The position numbers and the translations under genes are program-made. A stretch of DNA of 64,000 nucleotides from Anaerolineae bacterium (GTDB taxonomy: Bacteria; Chloroflexota; Anaerolineae; UBA1429), in NCBI GenBank assembly GCA_963675785.1, contig OY776562.1, positions 320,001 through 384,000 on the forward strand, given 5' to 3'. Positions 21,071 through 31,832 of the stretch are shown here, in pieces. How positions within the stretch are numbered: position 1 is the first letter of the stretch; each line of letters begins with the position of its first letter. The notes beneath the pieces are model-generated. The model was given only the letters and a program-made list of their open reading frames with translations. It did not search any database and was not told the DNA's origin.

Positions 21071-21484
21071 ATGATCAAGGGAATTGCACATGCCTGTTAC
21101 ACAGTAAGTAACATGGATGCGACTCTGGCTTTTTATAGCAAGGGTTTGGGTCTGCCAATAGCCTTTGACTATCGTGACGAGCAGGACCACCTTTACGGCG
21201 CCTATGTGCACGTAGGGGCACGCACTTTTGTCGAGTTCTTTGAGGGACAGTTGGTAGAAAAGGCCGAAAAGCAGGCTTACAGCCACCTCTGCCTGGAAGT
21301 GGATGATCTGGAGGCTACAGTGGTCGAGCTAGAGGCCAAGGGCATCAGTACCACACCTATCAAGCGGGGTAAGGATCACAGCTATCAGTCATGGATCAAT
21401 GACCCCGATGGCAACCGCATCGAGCTGCATCAGTATACGCCAGAGAGCAAGCAAACACTTCATCTCAACTCGGTTGGCAAGTAA
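21071..21484 (+). CDS. VOC/glyoxalase family protein
   Basis: HACYTV, HLCLEVDD and DPDGNRIEL motifs. Confidence 0.9.
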   Translation: MIKGIAHACYTVSNMDATLAFYSKGLGLPIAFDYRDEQDHLYGAYVHVGARTFVEFFEGQLVEKAEKQAYSHLCLEVDDLEATVVELEAKGISTTPIKRGKDHSYQSWINDPDGNRIELHQYTPESKQTLHLNSVGK

Positions 21485-21491
21485 GAGAACA

Positions 21492-21523
21492 AAAGGCCCG
21501 CGGTACAAGCTGCGGGCCTTTTT
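21492..21523. terminator. bidirectional terminator
   Basis: AAAGGCCCGCGG/CTGCGGGCCTTTTT. Confidence 0.8.
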
Positions 21524-21524
21524 C

Positions 21525-22997
21525 TTATTCTGGTAATACACTTTGGGCCTTGAGCTCCTCGTAAGGAGCGGGGCCGTGGGTAATGGGCGCTGGAGGCGTC
21601 GCCGCACCCTCTCGGGTGTAACCGCGGTCCCGATAGTCGATAAGCAGGGACATCAAATGGGCCACCATGTCAGGGCGTGTGGCCCAAAGATTATGCTCTT
21701 CTAGTGGATCACTCGCCAGGTTGTAAAGTTGTCCTTCAGGGCCGCCGGGAGTTGTTTCTATCCATACGGGGGCAGTGAATCCACCTGAGCCCAGGCCAGC
21801 GATCATCTTCCAAGAGCCCTCGCGCACGGCGTACATGCCTTCACCCGAATGGTGCACAAGCGTGTTGCGGCCAGGGGCTATCTGCGGACCGAGCAGTGCG
21901 GGCAGGATGTTGTAACTGTCAGGTGCGGCCTCTGGTGGCAGATCAAAGTCGGTGATGGCGGCCCATGTGGCCATCATGTCTACCAGGCTAACCAGGGCGT
22001 CGCACTGCCCACCGGCGGTGATTCTTGCCGGCCAGCGCATGATCAAGGGTTCGCGGTGTCCGCCATCCCAGATGTCGGCCTTTTGCCCGCGCAGGTTGCC
22101 ACAAGATTTATGTCCGTAATCCTTGCCATCGTAATCGGTGGCTCGGGCGCCATTGTCGCTGGTGATGATCAGCAGGGTGTTATCGGCGACGCCGTGGCGC
22201 TGCAGAGCTTCGTCTACTTGGCCCACCATCCAATCCACCATAGCCACCATATCGCCACGAGCACCGGCTAGGCTCTTGCCGCGCATGAATTCGGGAGGCA
22301 CACATGGGCGGTGGGGCGCCGAGGGCGTCAGATAGAGGAAAAAGGGCGTTTCGGGATCGGCGGCTTGCTGTTCGATAAAGGCTACGGCTTTTTCAGTAAA
22401 GCGGACGTCTACCTGATCGTCGCGCCAATCGGGCACCATCAGCCCTTTGCGCTGTTGCGGATAGTAAGGGTACTTTTCCAACGAGGGGATGCTCAAGGTA
22501 TGTTCATCTTTGATAAAGCAATAGGGTGCCATATCCAGGCTACCGGTGATGATGAAACAGGTATCAAAGCCATGATCCAGCGGACCGTCGCTGATGGGCG
22601 CCGCATAATCAATGTTCGAGCCATCGGGCAAGGGATCGAGACCATCGGAGGTAGTCCAACCCAGGCCCACATGCCATTTGCCTACCGCGGCTGTGGCATA
22701 GCCCTGATCCCGGAGCATATCGGCGATGGTCAGTTGGCCGCTTTCCAGCAGGGGATCTTCGAATCCCCATAATACCCACTTTTTGAGACGCGTACGCCAG
22801 CAATAGCGGCCGGTGAGCACACTGTAGCGACTGGGAGTACACACGGCTGAGGAAGAGTGAGCATCGGTAAAACGCAATCCTTGGCTGGCGATGCGATCGA
22901 TGTTGGGAGTGGGGATCTTGGTGGCACCATAGCAGCCCAAATCGCCATAGCCCATATCGTCGGCCATGATGTAGACGATGTTTGGTAGTACGCTCAT
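21525..22997 (-). CDS. arylsulfatase (Cys-type, formylglycine-dependent)
   Basis: PNIVYIMADDMG, CTPSRYSVLTGR and GKWH motifs. ATGA overlap with the upstream gene at 22994-22997. Confidence 0.93.
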   Translation of the reverse strand: MSVLPNIVYIMADDMGYGDLGCYGATKIPTPNIDRIASQGLRFTDAHSSSAVCTPSRYSVLTGRYCWRTRLKKWVLWGFEDPLLESGQLTIADMLRDQGYATAAVGKWHVGLGWTTSDGLDPLPDGSNIDYAAPISDGPLDHGFDTCFIITGSLDMAPYCFIKDEHTLSIPSLEKYPYYPQQRKGLMVPDWRDDQVDVRFTEKAVAFIEQQAADPETPFFLYLTPSAPHRPCVPPEFMRGKSLAGARGDMVAMVDWMVGQVDEALQRHGVADNTLLIITSDNGARATDYDGKDYGHKSCGNLRGQKADIWDGGHREPLIMRWPARITAGGQCDALVSLVDMMATWAAITDFDLPPEAAPDSYNILPALLGPQIAPGRNTLVHHSGEGMYAVREGSWKMIAGLGSGGFTAPVWIETTPGGPEGQLYNLASDPLEEHNLWATRPDMVAHLMSLLIDYRDRGYTREGAATPPAPITHGPAPYEELKAQSVLPE

Positions 22998-23740
22998 TTG
23001 TCTGCTCCTTGCTTGCGACAAGCAGGAAAAAGTTCTTGAAAAAAGAGTCCCTCGCCATCCCCCAAATGCTCGACGTGTCCATCAGGCCAGCCCCAGGCCG
23101 AATTACCCTTGAACCCTTCGTTCCCTTGCCCCTTGATCTGGTTGGCCAGGATGCCATAGCAGTGATTGGCCTTGCAGATGTCGCCAAAGACGGTGAATGA
23201 AGTAGCGTCGTCATCACCAGCGATGAGGATAAAAAGGTCGAGATTTTCGCCGTTATAGACACTCCACCGGTCGGTTTTAGCGGTTTTGCAGATCATGAGC
23301 GCTGTGCGACCAAAAGGACTCGAAAAGACGCCCGGTTTGCCGGCCAAAGTCCAGGCCTCTTCGGCCAGAGAAGGCACGATCTTGTGTTGCTCGCGCAAGA
23401 GGGCACCGTTGGCTCCGAAAAAGAGGCCGGTGTTCCAAACCGGTCTCTGAATATCACCCGAGGGTTGACGCAGGCCAATGACTAGATTAATGTCCAGCTC
23501 GGCAGCCAACGCAGAAAAACGCTGCTTTAGGGCATCATAGTGTTCGGCTAGATCGCTCATCGTGACGCCGTTTTGCTCCCAGGGTTCATAACGGTAAAAG
23601 CAGGTTTCTGGCGCTACCACTAGCCATGCGCCTTGGCTTGCGGCCTGGCGCACGGCCTCTTCGATGATATCGGGATCACGCCCCAATGTATCGGGGTCTT
23701 GAACTCGATGTTGGATGAGGGCAACGCGTGTTGAAATCAT
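22994..23740 (-). CDS. carbon-nitrogen hydrolase (nitrilase superfamily)
   Basis: Glu (APET), Lys (QHK) and Cys (MICK) catalytic triad positions. Confidence 0.8.
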   Translation of the reverse strand: MISTRVALIQHRVQDPDTLGRDPDIIEEAVRQAASQGAWLVVAPETCFYRYEPWEQNGVTMSDLAEHYDALKQRFSALAAELDINLVIGLRQPSGDIQRPVWNTGLFFGANGALLREQHKIVPSLAEEAWTLAGKPGVFSSPFGRTALMICKTAKTDRWSVYNGENLDLFILIAGDDDATSFTVFGDICKANHCYGILANQIKGQGNEGFKGNSAWGWPDGHVEHLGDGEGLFFQELFPACRKQGADK

Positions 23741-26304
23741 TCACCAGTCTCCGGTGTAACTATCTTTCCGCCGACGGTGATGAGAACGGGCGCTATAGCA
23801 TAGGCGCAAAGCTCGGGCTGGCGTCGTACGAGAACTGCTCGACCCTTGAAAGTGATATCCCCCACCGTAACCGGACCAGTACCTTCTTCACACAAGATAA
23901 AGGTATCATCCATAGTCTCGTTGAAAACGTGCAACACGGTGGTGTTCTCATCGGACAAGAGCCGCTCGACGCTGGGGTAATCGCTCTGACCTGGGGTCAG
24001 AGGGTAGAGCACGGCATCCATGTGCGCTGGTAGGGTGGTCTCTGTTTTGAGGTTGGCCTCCCAGGCGGGATACTCGCCCTTGATACCCCACCAACCAGCG
24101 GCTGGCAACACCTCGCCCTTGTGCAGGCTTATTTGCAAAGGGCTATCGGCGAGGGGCAGGATGGCGAGGTTGCCCATACCAGCATCCGTGGTAACGATTG
24201 CTCTTTCATCGACTTTTATCTGCCCGGCGGTGTAAGGCGCCTCGGCCGTGGGTGTATCCAGCGGAGCGATATGGAAGATCTGTTCCAGCGTATGCCGAAC
24301 ATCATCACCACCCTTGATCAGGTCGCAAAGGATCCAATACCCTGGCTTGACGTAAAAAATGGCCCGGCGCTGGCTGAGACTGCTGTCGATCTCGTCGGCT
24401 GAGGCAACTTTGCCAAAGGGATCGCGAACATAGCCTTCCAGGTATTCGCTGCTGACGAAATCAAAGTGTGGTGCACTGACCCATTCGTTGCGACCGGTAC
24501 GATGGAGCTTAGCCTCTGGCAAAAAACGCCGAGCCTGTCCGCGGCCGTCGATTAATATGTCGTTGTGGGCCTGCGTCGAGCGGAAATAGTGGGTGAGTTC
24601 GGTGGCCGAATAGGAATAGATGTTGGGATCACCGATGAGCTGGCGTTCCTGGGCGTAGAGGCAGAAATTGAGCTTATCCTCGTGCTGGTGCGATGCACCC
24701 CAGGCTGCGCCATCAAAGAGCAAGTATTCGCCGTCCTCGCCCCATTTATCGCGCATCAAATAGTAACCAGCCGAAGGCCAGATATGAGAGCTATGATCGG
24801 GCTTGGTGCCCTCTGCGCCATAGGTGGCTCCCCACAGCAAATCCTGTCGGTCAAAGGTTTTGGCGGCAGCAGAGAGGTAACCTGCAGCATCTATGGGGTA
24901 GGGGTTGCTGTCGTTGAAGGTTGGCAAATAGTGGTCGGGCATGGCTGCATAGAGATACATCTCGTTGGCTTTGGCCACTACATCGACAAAATCTTGCGGC
25001 AGAGACACGCCGCGAGCTCGAGCCGTTTCCGCTGTACCGAACATGGCTGTGGTGGGGAACATGTGATAGCCGTGGGTCAGCTCGAACTGCTGGCCGTCAT
25101 CGTAATAGGCAAAGCTGTTGATCCAGCGCAGGCGGCGCATGGCTACCCGCAGGTAGGCATCAGCCTGGCGCAACTCGGGAGAAAAGAGGGCGGCTGTAGC
25201 CAAGCCAGCAGCTTCGACCTGATACCAGTTGTTGGGGCCGCCACAAAAGGCCGTGGCAAAACGCATGTGCTCCAAACGCGAGTGGGCTAACATTTCGTGG
25301 ATTTGAGGGCTGAAACTGGCCGACTTGCCCGCGGCGGCAATGATGGCCGGCCATTTGATTGCCTGGCGGTTACCTACTTCTAGGGTGCGCCAGGGGCCTA
25401 CAGGCTGACGGTGGTTGGGCACAGGCGCAAGTTTGCAAAAAGATTCCAATAGTCGAGCCGCACTCTCGGCGTATTTCTCCAGGCCGGTTTCAGCATAGGC
25501 TGCGGCCAAATTGGCGATAAAGGGTTGTGCCCCTAGACTGACTGTCGATTCGAGATCATCGAACAGTCGCAGGTTCCAATCGATCTCGGCGCCAAACTGA
25601 TGACGGACGAGCATGTGGGCATGAAAAGCGATCAGGTTATCGCAAGCCTCATCAGCTTCTTTTATGTTTAGATCCAGGCGTGCTTCAGGCATGTCGATAT
25701 CATATTGCCAATCGCGGTTGCGCAGCGTCTCGCCCAGATCGACAGCTTGAGCAGGATCGATCATGTGCTTGGGATAGTCTTTAGCGGGGACATGTAATCT
25801 TTCCGCCCGTGAATGATCAACGAGGCGACCCCACATGCGTTCTTGCAGAGTGAGCAGATCGGCGCAGATAGGCATCTGACGTTCCTGTGCTATGTCGCAC
25901 AAGGCCTTGACACAATCGGCTACAGGCAAGTCAGAAAGCGAGGCCTTACGCCAGTGGGCCTGACTGGCCACACGGGCACAGCCAGTGACGCGCCAAAGCT
26001 CTGCCTCGGGATGGTAGCCCTCGCAAAGGTAGCCGCAAATGGCTAGCGCAGCGCCATTCAACAATAGACCATCCGAAGGAGCAGGGGTGATGCTGTAGCT
26101 GCCACTGCAAAAGGTGAGCAAATAGTCTGCCACTTCGTACAAGCGTGGGCCGGGCTGCTCCCCCTCGGCTAAGAGCCCAAGGGCGATGCGTGCCGCACCT
26201 TCCAGGCTCCAAATATCGTTCGGGTTCCAAGGCAGAATGTCAGGTGGCGATCCGGCGGGTACAGAGGCGGCATATTTCTCGAGTGTTTCAATCTCTACAA
26301 CCAT
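23737..26304 (-). CDS. heparinase II/III-family polysaccharide lyase
   Basis: WRTLEVG, NNWYQ, DGQQFE...YH, HQHEDKLNF and STQAHN motifs. Confidence 0.85.
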   Translation of the reverse strand: MVVEIETLEKYAASVPAGSPPDILPWNPNDIWSLEGAARIALGLLAEGEQPGPRLYEVADYLLTFCSGSYSITPAPSDGLLLNGAALAICGYLCEGYHPEAELWRVTGCARVASQAHWRKASLSDLPVADCVKALCDIAQERQMPICADLLTLQERMWGRLVDHSRAERLHVPAKDYPKHMIDPAQAVDLGETLRNRDWQYDIDMPEARLDLNIKEADEACDNLIAFHAHMLVRHQFGAEIDWNLRLFDDLESTVSLGAQPFIANLAAAYAETGLEKYAESAARLLESFCKLAPVPNHRQPVGPWRTLEVGNRQAIKWPAIIAAAGKSASFSPQIHEMLAHSRLEHMRFATAFCGGPNNWYQVEAAGLATAALFSPELRQADAYLRVAMRRLRWINSFAYYDDGQQFELTHGYHMFPTTAMFGTAETARARGVSLPQDFVDVVAKANEMYLYAAMPDHYLPTFNDSNPYPIDAAGYLSAAAKTFDRQDLLWGATYGAEGTKPDHSSHIWPSAGYYLMRDKWGEDGEYLLFDGAAWGASHQHEDKLNFCLYAQERQLIGDPNIYSYSATELTHYFRSTQAHNDILIDGRGQARRFLPEAKLHRTGRNEWVSAPHFDFVSSEYLEGYVRDPFGKVASADEIDSSLSQRRAIFYVKPGYWILCDLIKGGDDVRHTLEQIFHIAPLDTPTAEAPYTAGQIKVDERAIVTTDAGMGNLAILPLADSPLQISLHKGEVLPAAGWWGIKGEYPAWEANLKTETTLPAHMDAVLYPLTPGQSDYPSVERLLSDENTTVLHVFNETMDDTFILCEEGTGPVTVGDITFKGRAVLVRRQPELCAYAIAPVLITVGGKIVTPETGE

Positions 26305-26678
26305 GCGTAATTCTCCTCATATGTCCTCACACTGGCACAAGCCTAGTTTGCAGTAGCGTGTCTGTCAATGATCCCAGAAGGGGTTTCTTTATCAATCAGC
26401 AATTTCGCAGGCACGAAACAAAGCCATCTTTTGAAATGCAAAAGGTATTTGGCGCGCAAAATGGCGCAACGGGGTTGTCTTGCTTTTGTTTTGTTCTGAT
26501 TCCGCCTATCATGTCACGGGATTTGTTGATCCAGCCAGGCACGAGAGCCGTAAATGCCTCAACTCAAAGCACAAGTTTTTTGTAGATGACTATCGGGCAC
26601 AGGTTTGGGAATGTGTTGGGGGACAAGGGATACTAGCAATTCGTTCGGGCTGTTTTTATCTAGCGTGTGGAGAAGAGC

Positions 26679-28565
26679 ATGGAACTGACTTATTCGGATT
26701 ATCTCGACAAAATTCTTGGTGGCTGGATAGGCAAATGCGCTGGTGGTGCCATAGGTGCGCGGTTTGAGGGCAACAAGAGCTGGATTGAGATCGCACCGGA
26801 GGAGATGTTTCCCGAGGTGATGCCGCCTAACGACGATCTCGACCTGCAGATCCTCTGGCTCAAAGTGCTGGAGGAAAAGGGCGCTGCCATCACCTCCGAC
26901 GACATGGCCCAGGCCTGGTTGGAGGGCTGCTGGTATCCTTTTAATGAGTACGGCATTTTTCGGCAGAACTGGCAATTGGGCATTCATCCGCCCATGAGCG
27001 GGCGCTATGCCAATCAGTTTTGGGAGACGGGAGAGGGTTGTCCCATCCGCTCCGAGATTTGGGGCTATGCGTTTCCTGGCGCGCCCGACTTGGCTGCCTA
27101 TTACGCTTCGCTCGATGGCACGCTGGACCACACCGAGCAGTCGGTAGGTGCCGAAATGATGCTGGCGGCTATGGCCTCAATGGCCTTTTTCGTGCCCGAT
27201 GTGCGTCGTCTGACCGAAATGTTTATCCATTACCTGCCCGAAGCCTCGCCCATCGAGCGGATGACCCGCGCGGCTTTTGATTTGTATGATCGCGGCGTGC
27301 CATTGCGCAAAGCCCGTGAGCGCATCATGCTGATGGCTGGCTACCCTGAAGCCTGCGATTCTCAGATCAATATTCCCTTTACCTTCTTGGGGTTGCTCTA
27401 TGGTGAAGGCGATATCGTCGAGACCATGCTGACGGCACTGCGTTGCGGCTATGATACCGACTGCACTCTGGCTACTGCTGCCGCGTTGGTGGGACAGATT
27501 TTGGGCGCCAGCCGCATTCCAGAGAGCATCAAGCGCGCTGTGGGTGAAGAGCTGGTGATGGGCATTCAGTACACACGCCCCGAGATGACCATTTCAGCCC
27601 TGGCCCGCGATACAGCCCGTATGGGCGTGCTGCTCAGTGAGCAATCTGAGACCGGTGTGGTGATTGTGGGTGCTCCCGTCTTTGAGCCTCTGCCTGAGGT
27701 GGAGGTAACGCCTGCTATTTCCATCGAGTACGATGACCTGCCGGCTGCTGCGCCAGGTGATATTGTGGGGATAACCGTCGTCATCGAAGGCGCCAAGGGA
27801 CGCGTGGCAACCCTTGCTGTGCCTGAGGGCTGGACGGCCATCCCTGCGCAATTTGCTGTGGATTGCGATTCGCTGGCCAAGCAGGTGTTGCTTTGTGCCG
27901 ATGCTGAGGCTACTGTGTGGCCCAAGCGTCACCTCTTTAAAGTGCGAGTCGATGATTGCGATCCCTATGCTTTTGGTATCGCCGGGGCCGACCTGTGGGC
28001 TCTGCTGGGCGTTGGTTATGATGCCGTGCCGCCTGAGGGGGATATAGTAGCCGAACAGCGCCGCTTCAATCAGCATTATATCTCGCTAAAGCGCGAATAC
28101 CTGGCCGAGCCGGTAACTGATATCGTCGCCAAGTTTGCGGACATGTCCGAGCGCTTGGGTATGCCCGCTCTTGTGCCTTCTTACGAGCGTGAAGTTGATC
28201 CCAGCGTAGCTGTTGGCTTGCGAGGGCCGCTGGTAGCCTACCTAGCGCGTACGGTGATCTCGCCTGACGAGCGCGACGTGTTCATAGGGGTGGGCAACAC
28301 CGATGGCTATCGCCTCTGGGTGAACGGTGAGCTAGTCGGCGAGGCCAATGAGACCGTGTGGTGGACGCCATTTAATGGTCAACATGCCGCTCATTTTGTG
28401 GCCGGCGACAACGAGATTGTGCTCAAGATGATGCGTCCGCGGGATGAGGTGCAGTTTACCTTGGCCATTCGCGAGGACAACCGCGCCTCGGACACCCCCT
28501 TCGCCAAGGGCTTTAACGCCGCCGATTGGTGTGTGGATTTGGCTGACCGCGTGCCGGGCAAGTAA
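26679..28565 (+). CDS. ADP-ribosylglycohydrolase-family protein with C-terminal beta-sandwich domains
   Basis: GGWIGKCAGGAIGA, NDDLD and GYDTDC motifs. Confidence 0.8.
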   Translation: MELTYSDYLDKILGGWIGKCAGGAIGARFEGNKSWIEIAPEEMFPEVMPPNDDLDLQILWLKVLEEKGAAITSDDMAQAWLEGCWYPFNEYGIFRQNWQLGIHPPMSGRYANQFWETGEGCPIRSEIWGYAFPGAPDLAAYYASLDGTLDHTEQSVGAEMMLAAMASMAFFVPDVRRLTEMFIHYLPEASPIERMTRAAFDLYDRGVPLRKARERIMLMAGYPEACDSQINIPFTFLGLLYGEGDIVETMLTALRCGYDTDCTLATAAALVGQILGASRIPESIKRAVGEELVMGIQYTRPEMTISALARDTARMGVLLSEQSETGVVIVGAPVFEPLPEVEVTPAISIEYDDLPAAAPGDIVGITVVIEGAKGRVATLAVPEGWTAIPAQFAVDCDSLAKQVLLCADAEATVWPKRHLFKVRVDDCDPYAFGIAGADLWALLGVGYDAVPPEGDIVAEQRRFNQHYISLKREYLAEPVTDIVAKFADMSERLGMPALVPSYEREVDPSVAVGLRGPLVAYLARTVISPDERDVFIGVGNTDGYRLWVNGELVGEANETVWWTPFNGQHAAHFVAGDNEIVLKMMRPRDEVQFTLAIREDNRASDTPFAKGFNAADWCVDLADRVPGK

Positions 28566-28581
28566 AGACCACTAATATTGA

Positions 28582-28634
28582 CAACAGGCTCCGTATTCTG
28601 GGATTGGCTTTGCCTCCAGAATGCGGAGCCTGTT
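28582..28634. terminator. hairpin between convergent genes
   Basis: AACAGGCTCCGTATTCTGG/CCAGAATGCGGAGCCTGTT. Confidence 0.7.
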
Positions 28635-28660
28635 CTTGCTTTGGGATCTGGTTGTTTGAG

Positions 28661-29449
28661 CTAGATGCAGTCGATGACCCAACCAAGTCGCACCAAACGC
28701 TGTTTGAGTATCTCTAGCACTTTGGAACTCAGACCAAGCTCGTCTTCAATATTCTCCAGATCTTCTATGGTGCCATAGCCTCCTAAAAAGGCGTTAACAC
28801 GCATGACAGCCGTAGAGTTGATATAGTCCTGCAAATCAGGATAGATGGCCATGAATTCTGCATCTACAGGTCCTAGGTTTCGCAAACGGAACTTTTGGTG
28901 ATAACCCTCGGCCAGGTAAAAATGATCTAGTGGTTCGATAGCTGTGGCAAAGGATGCGCCTCGTAGCTCTTCTTGAGCCGCTAGGCTGTCCTTAGCAATT
29001 TGTCGCTGTTCCTCGTTAGAATAGAGGATGGCCGAGCGATATTGCACCGAACCGCTGGCGACAGTAGGGTCGTGCCCTTGCCAGAATACGTCCAGCAATT
29101 CCTCATAACTGATGACCGTCGGATCATAATCGATCTGGATCGTCTCCGAGTGATCCCCCAGGCTGTAATAAGTGGGGTCGATTGTTGTGCCGCCTGCATA
29201 GCCGACGCGCGTGCGGATGACCCCGTCGAGACTCCCGAACCGGGAGTCAGGCCCCCAGAATCAACCCATAGAAAAAGTAGCTGTCTCGTAATCAGCAGGC
29301 ATGTTACGATCGATTTCAGGTATTTCTCGTTCCGTATTCACTGATATCAACTCCTCATTAGACGAACAGCCACCAAGTGCCAGAGATGATATACCAAGGG
29401 CTGCAATGATGGCGATGATGTACCAGGGAAAACGTACTATGGATGCCAT
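28661..29449 (-). CDS. msrA: selenocysteine-containing peptide methionine sulfoxide reductase A, lipoprotein (262 aa, Sec63)
   Basis: Track ORFs 29261..29449 and 28661..29098 are one frame joined at TGA 29261-29263. This gives FSMG-U-FWGPD...TRVGYAGG...AEGYHQK, so Sec replaces the catalytic Cys of GCFWG. Confidence 0.92.
29230..29248 (-). promoter_or_regulatory. SECIS element of msrA
   Basis: GACUCCCG-GUU-CGGGAGUC hairpin starting 12 nt after the UGA. Confidence 0.8.
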
Positions 29450-29829
29450 ATCTCACCTCACTATCGGTATGGACTATCAAGTCTATTATTTTAATGATAC
29501 CACAGCTTGACATAAAAGTGAAGTAAGAATTTAGAGCGAAACTGAACAGACGCTTAACAAGACAGTGACTCAGCTTGAACTAGCCTGACCTACAATAATC
29601 GTGTGGGGTACTAGAGATTCGTGGAGAACTCGGTCGTGATTATAGATGTTGGTAGCGTGTATCTTTCGAGTCGACACGGTGAGATGCGCACAGTCTTGTT
29701 GTTGTCCTCGGCTGCCTTGGCTTGACACTCTTGCAGATATCGGCATTTTTGGGGATATCATGCGGTCAAACAAGCATTGCGGCTAGATCCGATTACCGCG
29801 CTGGGTTATAAATGGGGAGGAGGGTATAT

Positions 29830-30324
29830 ATGAAGAGACGGGTCGTTGTTATTGCTATTTGTATAATTGTTATTTTATTGGGTTTTTCTGCCTATTTTTT
29901 ATACGCCGATCTAATTTTTGGCGAATTGGGCACCACATCAACAACGACCGAGTTTTCCGACCTGGCCAAGTTAGCCTATGGTACTGTAGCACTGGGAGAG
30001 ACCGAGTACGCTGTAACCACAAAAGATGCCCAGAGTCTGCTAAATCTTTGGGAAATGACACAGGTACTTGCCTCGGATGACACAACAACTGAGGCCGAGA
30101 TTGAGGTAATGTGTCAATCGATCGAGTCGGCAATGACGGAAGAACAGCTGGCTGCTATTGAGGTTCTCAAGCTGGATTCTAGCACAGCTCAAGATTACAT
30201 CTTGAGTAATGGAACCACTGATACGAATGATCTTTTAGATGAAGAGAGTGCTGATTCGCAAGCTGTGAGTACTGTTATCTCTTACCTTCAAGGTATTCTG
30301 AGCATGGAAACTACGACTCCATAG
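29830..30324 (+). CDS. hypothetical membrane-anchored acidic protein
   Basis: N-terminal TM helix and GGAGG upstream. No family recognised. Confidence 0.7.
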   Translation: MKRRVVVIAICIIVILLGFSAYFLYADLIFGELGTTSTTTEFSDLAKLAYGTVALGETEYAVTTKDAQSLLNLWEMTQVLASDDTTTEAEIEVMCQSIESAMTEEQLAAIEVLKLDSSTAQDYILSNGTTDTNDLLDEESADSQAVSTVISYLQGILSMETTTP

Positions 30325-30488
30325 GAGAGCACCACGACCTATGCAGTGTGGCGATATAGCTTTATTAGGGAAAAAGTATTGCGATGGGCTGGTGGCATAA
30401 TTATGCCGAAATGCCAGCAAATTCGTTGTTTTTATGCGAGAACAAAATTGTGGGATTGTGGCCCGGCGACGTTGCCGGGCCGAGGAGA

Positions 30489-30527
30489 AAAGAGGAGCAG
30501 CACCTTGCCAGATGCTGCTCCTCTTTT
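30489..30527 (-). terminator. amtB terminator
   Basis: AAAGAGGAGCAGCA/TGCTGCTCCTCTTT. Confidence 0.8.
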
Positions 30528-30530
30528 GTA

Positions 30531-31832
30531 CTATTCAACAAATTCGGGGTAAGACTCAATGCCGTGGTAGGCAATGTCGATACCGGATTCCTCAACCTCG
30601 GGGGCCACACGCAGGCGCATGGTCTTTTTGATGATGTAGAACATGAGGAAAGAGACCGGTAGTACAAAGCCCATGGCGGAGACGACGCCCAGTGCCTGGA
30701 CACCGAGCTGGTGCCAGCCGCCACCGTAAAATAGGCCGGTTTCAGTGTGGAAAAGGCCGATAGACAATGTTCCTAAAATGCCGTTGAGACCGTGAACTGG
30801 AAATGCGCCAACAGGATCGTCGACCTTGATGACTTCCATAAGTTGTACACCATAGTAGACAACAAAACCAGACATCACGCCGATGAGCAGAGATACTGCA
30901 GGGGTGACAAAGGCGCAGGGTGCGGTGATAGCAACCAGGCCAGCTAGAGAACCATTGAAGGCCATGCTAACATCCCACTTTTTGGTAAAGATGTAAGAGA
31001 GGAAAATGGCCGTAATAGCGCCCGTTGTCGCTGCAAAGTCCGTGTTGAGCGTAACCAAGGCGATGGCGTAGGGATCGTCTGCGCTGAGTGTGCTACCCGG
31101 GTTAAAGCCGAACCATCCGAGCCAGAGAATGAATGTGCCCAGTGCCGCGATGGTAATATTGTGACCTTTGATAGTTTCGCCAAAGACCTTATCCTTGCGC
31201 TTGCCGAGCATGATGGAACCGGCAAGGCCAATACAAGCACCGACGAGGTGAACGACTGTGGAACCGGCAAAGTCGAGCATGCCCAGCTCGGCAAGCCATC
31301 CACCATTACCCCAGATCCAGTGTCCGACGATTGGATAGATGAATGCACCTGTGACCAAACTGTAAACGAGGTCGGCTTTAAAGTCGGTACGTTCTGCCAT
31401 GAGACCAGAGGCGATAGTTGATGCTGCTGCCGAAAAAGCGAACTGGAAAAAGAAAAAGGCATAAGCGGGGAGACCGGAAACTTGTTCGGGCATACCTTGC
31501 AAGAAGAACCACTGATGGCCAGCGAAACCTGAACCTGCACTGAACATAATGCCAAACCCCACGGCCCAAAAGCCGATGGTGGTCATGGTCGTATCCAAAA
31601 AGTTCTCAGCCATAATGTTCACAGTGTTCTTGGAGCGCACGAATCCGGCTTCGAGAAAACCGAATCCACATTGCATAAAGAACACCAAGAACCCCGCGAT
31701 GATCACCCACACGGTGCTTATAGATAAGGACACATCAGCGAGCTCTGTCGCTGCACTTACTGCTAGGGGATTTAACATGGTAATAATCCCCATTATCAAA
31801 AGTGTGCGTTTCAGCCATGGCTTGTTTTTCAT
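30531..31832 (-). CDS. amtB: ammonium transporter
   Basis: FFMQCGFGFLEAG, DFAGSTVVH, WFGFNPGS and DDPVGAFPVH motifs. Confidence 0.95.
   Translation of the reverse strand: MKNKPWLKRTLLIMGIITMLNPLAVSAATELADVSLSISTVWVIIAGFLVFFMQCGFGFLEAGFVRSKNTVNIMAENFLDTTMTTIGFWAVGFGIMFSAGSGFAGHQWFFLQGMPEQVSGLPAYAFFFFQFAFSAAASTIASGLMAERTDFKADLVYSLVTGAFIYPIVGHWIWGNGGWLAELGMLDFAGSTVVHLVGACIGLAGSIMLGKRKDKVFGETIKGHNITIAALGTFILWLGWFGFNPGSTLSADDPYAIALVTLNTDFAATTGAITAIFLSYIFTKKWDVSMAFNGSLAGLVAITAPCAFVTPAVSLLIGVMSGFVVYYGVQLMEVIKVDDPVGAFPVHGLNGILGTLSIGLFHTETGLFYGGGWHQLGVQALGVVSAMGFVLPVSFLMFYIIKKTMRLRVAPEVEESGIDIAYHGIESYPEFVE

Noticed and set aside
28661-29449. msrA as a pseudogene or two genes
   Set aside because: The only interruption is a UGA at the catalytic Cys position followed by a SECIS-like stem, and selD is nearby.
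30460-30481. Hairpin with an ANTAR-like loop (GGC-AACGUC-GCC) downstream of amtB
   Set aside because: It is a single hairpin after the terminator, with no co-oriented gene to control.
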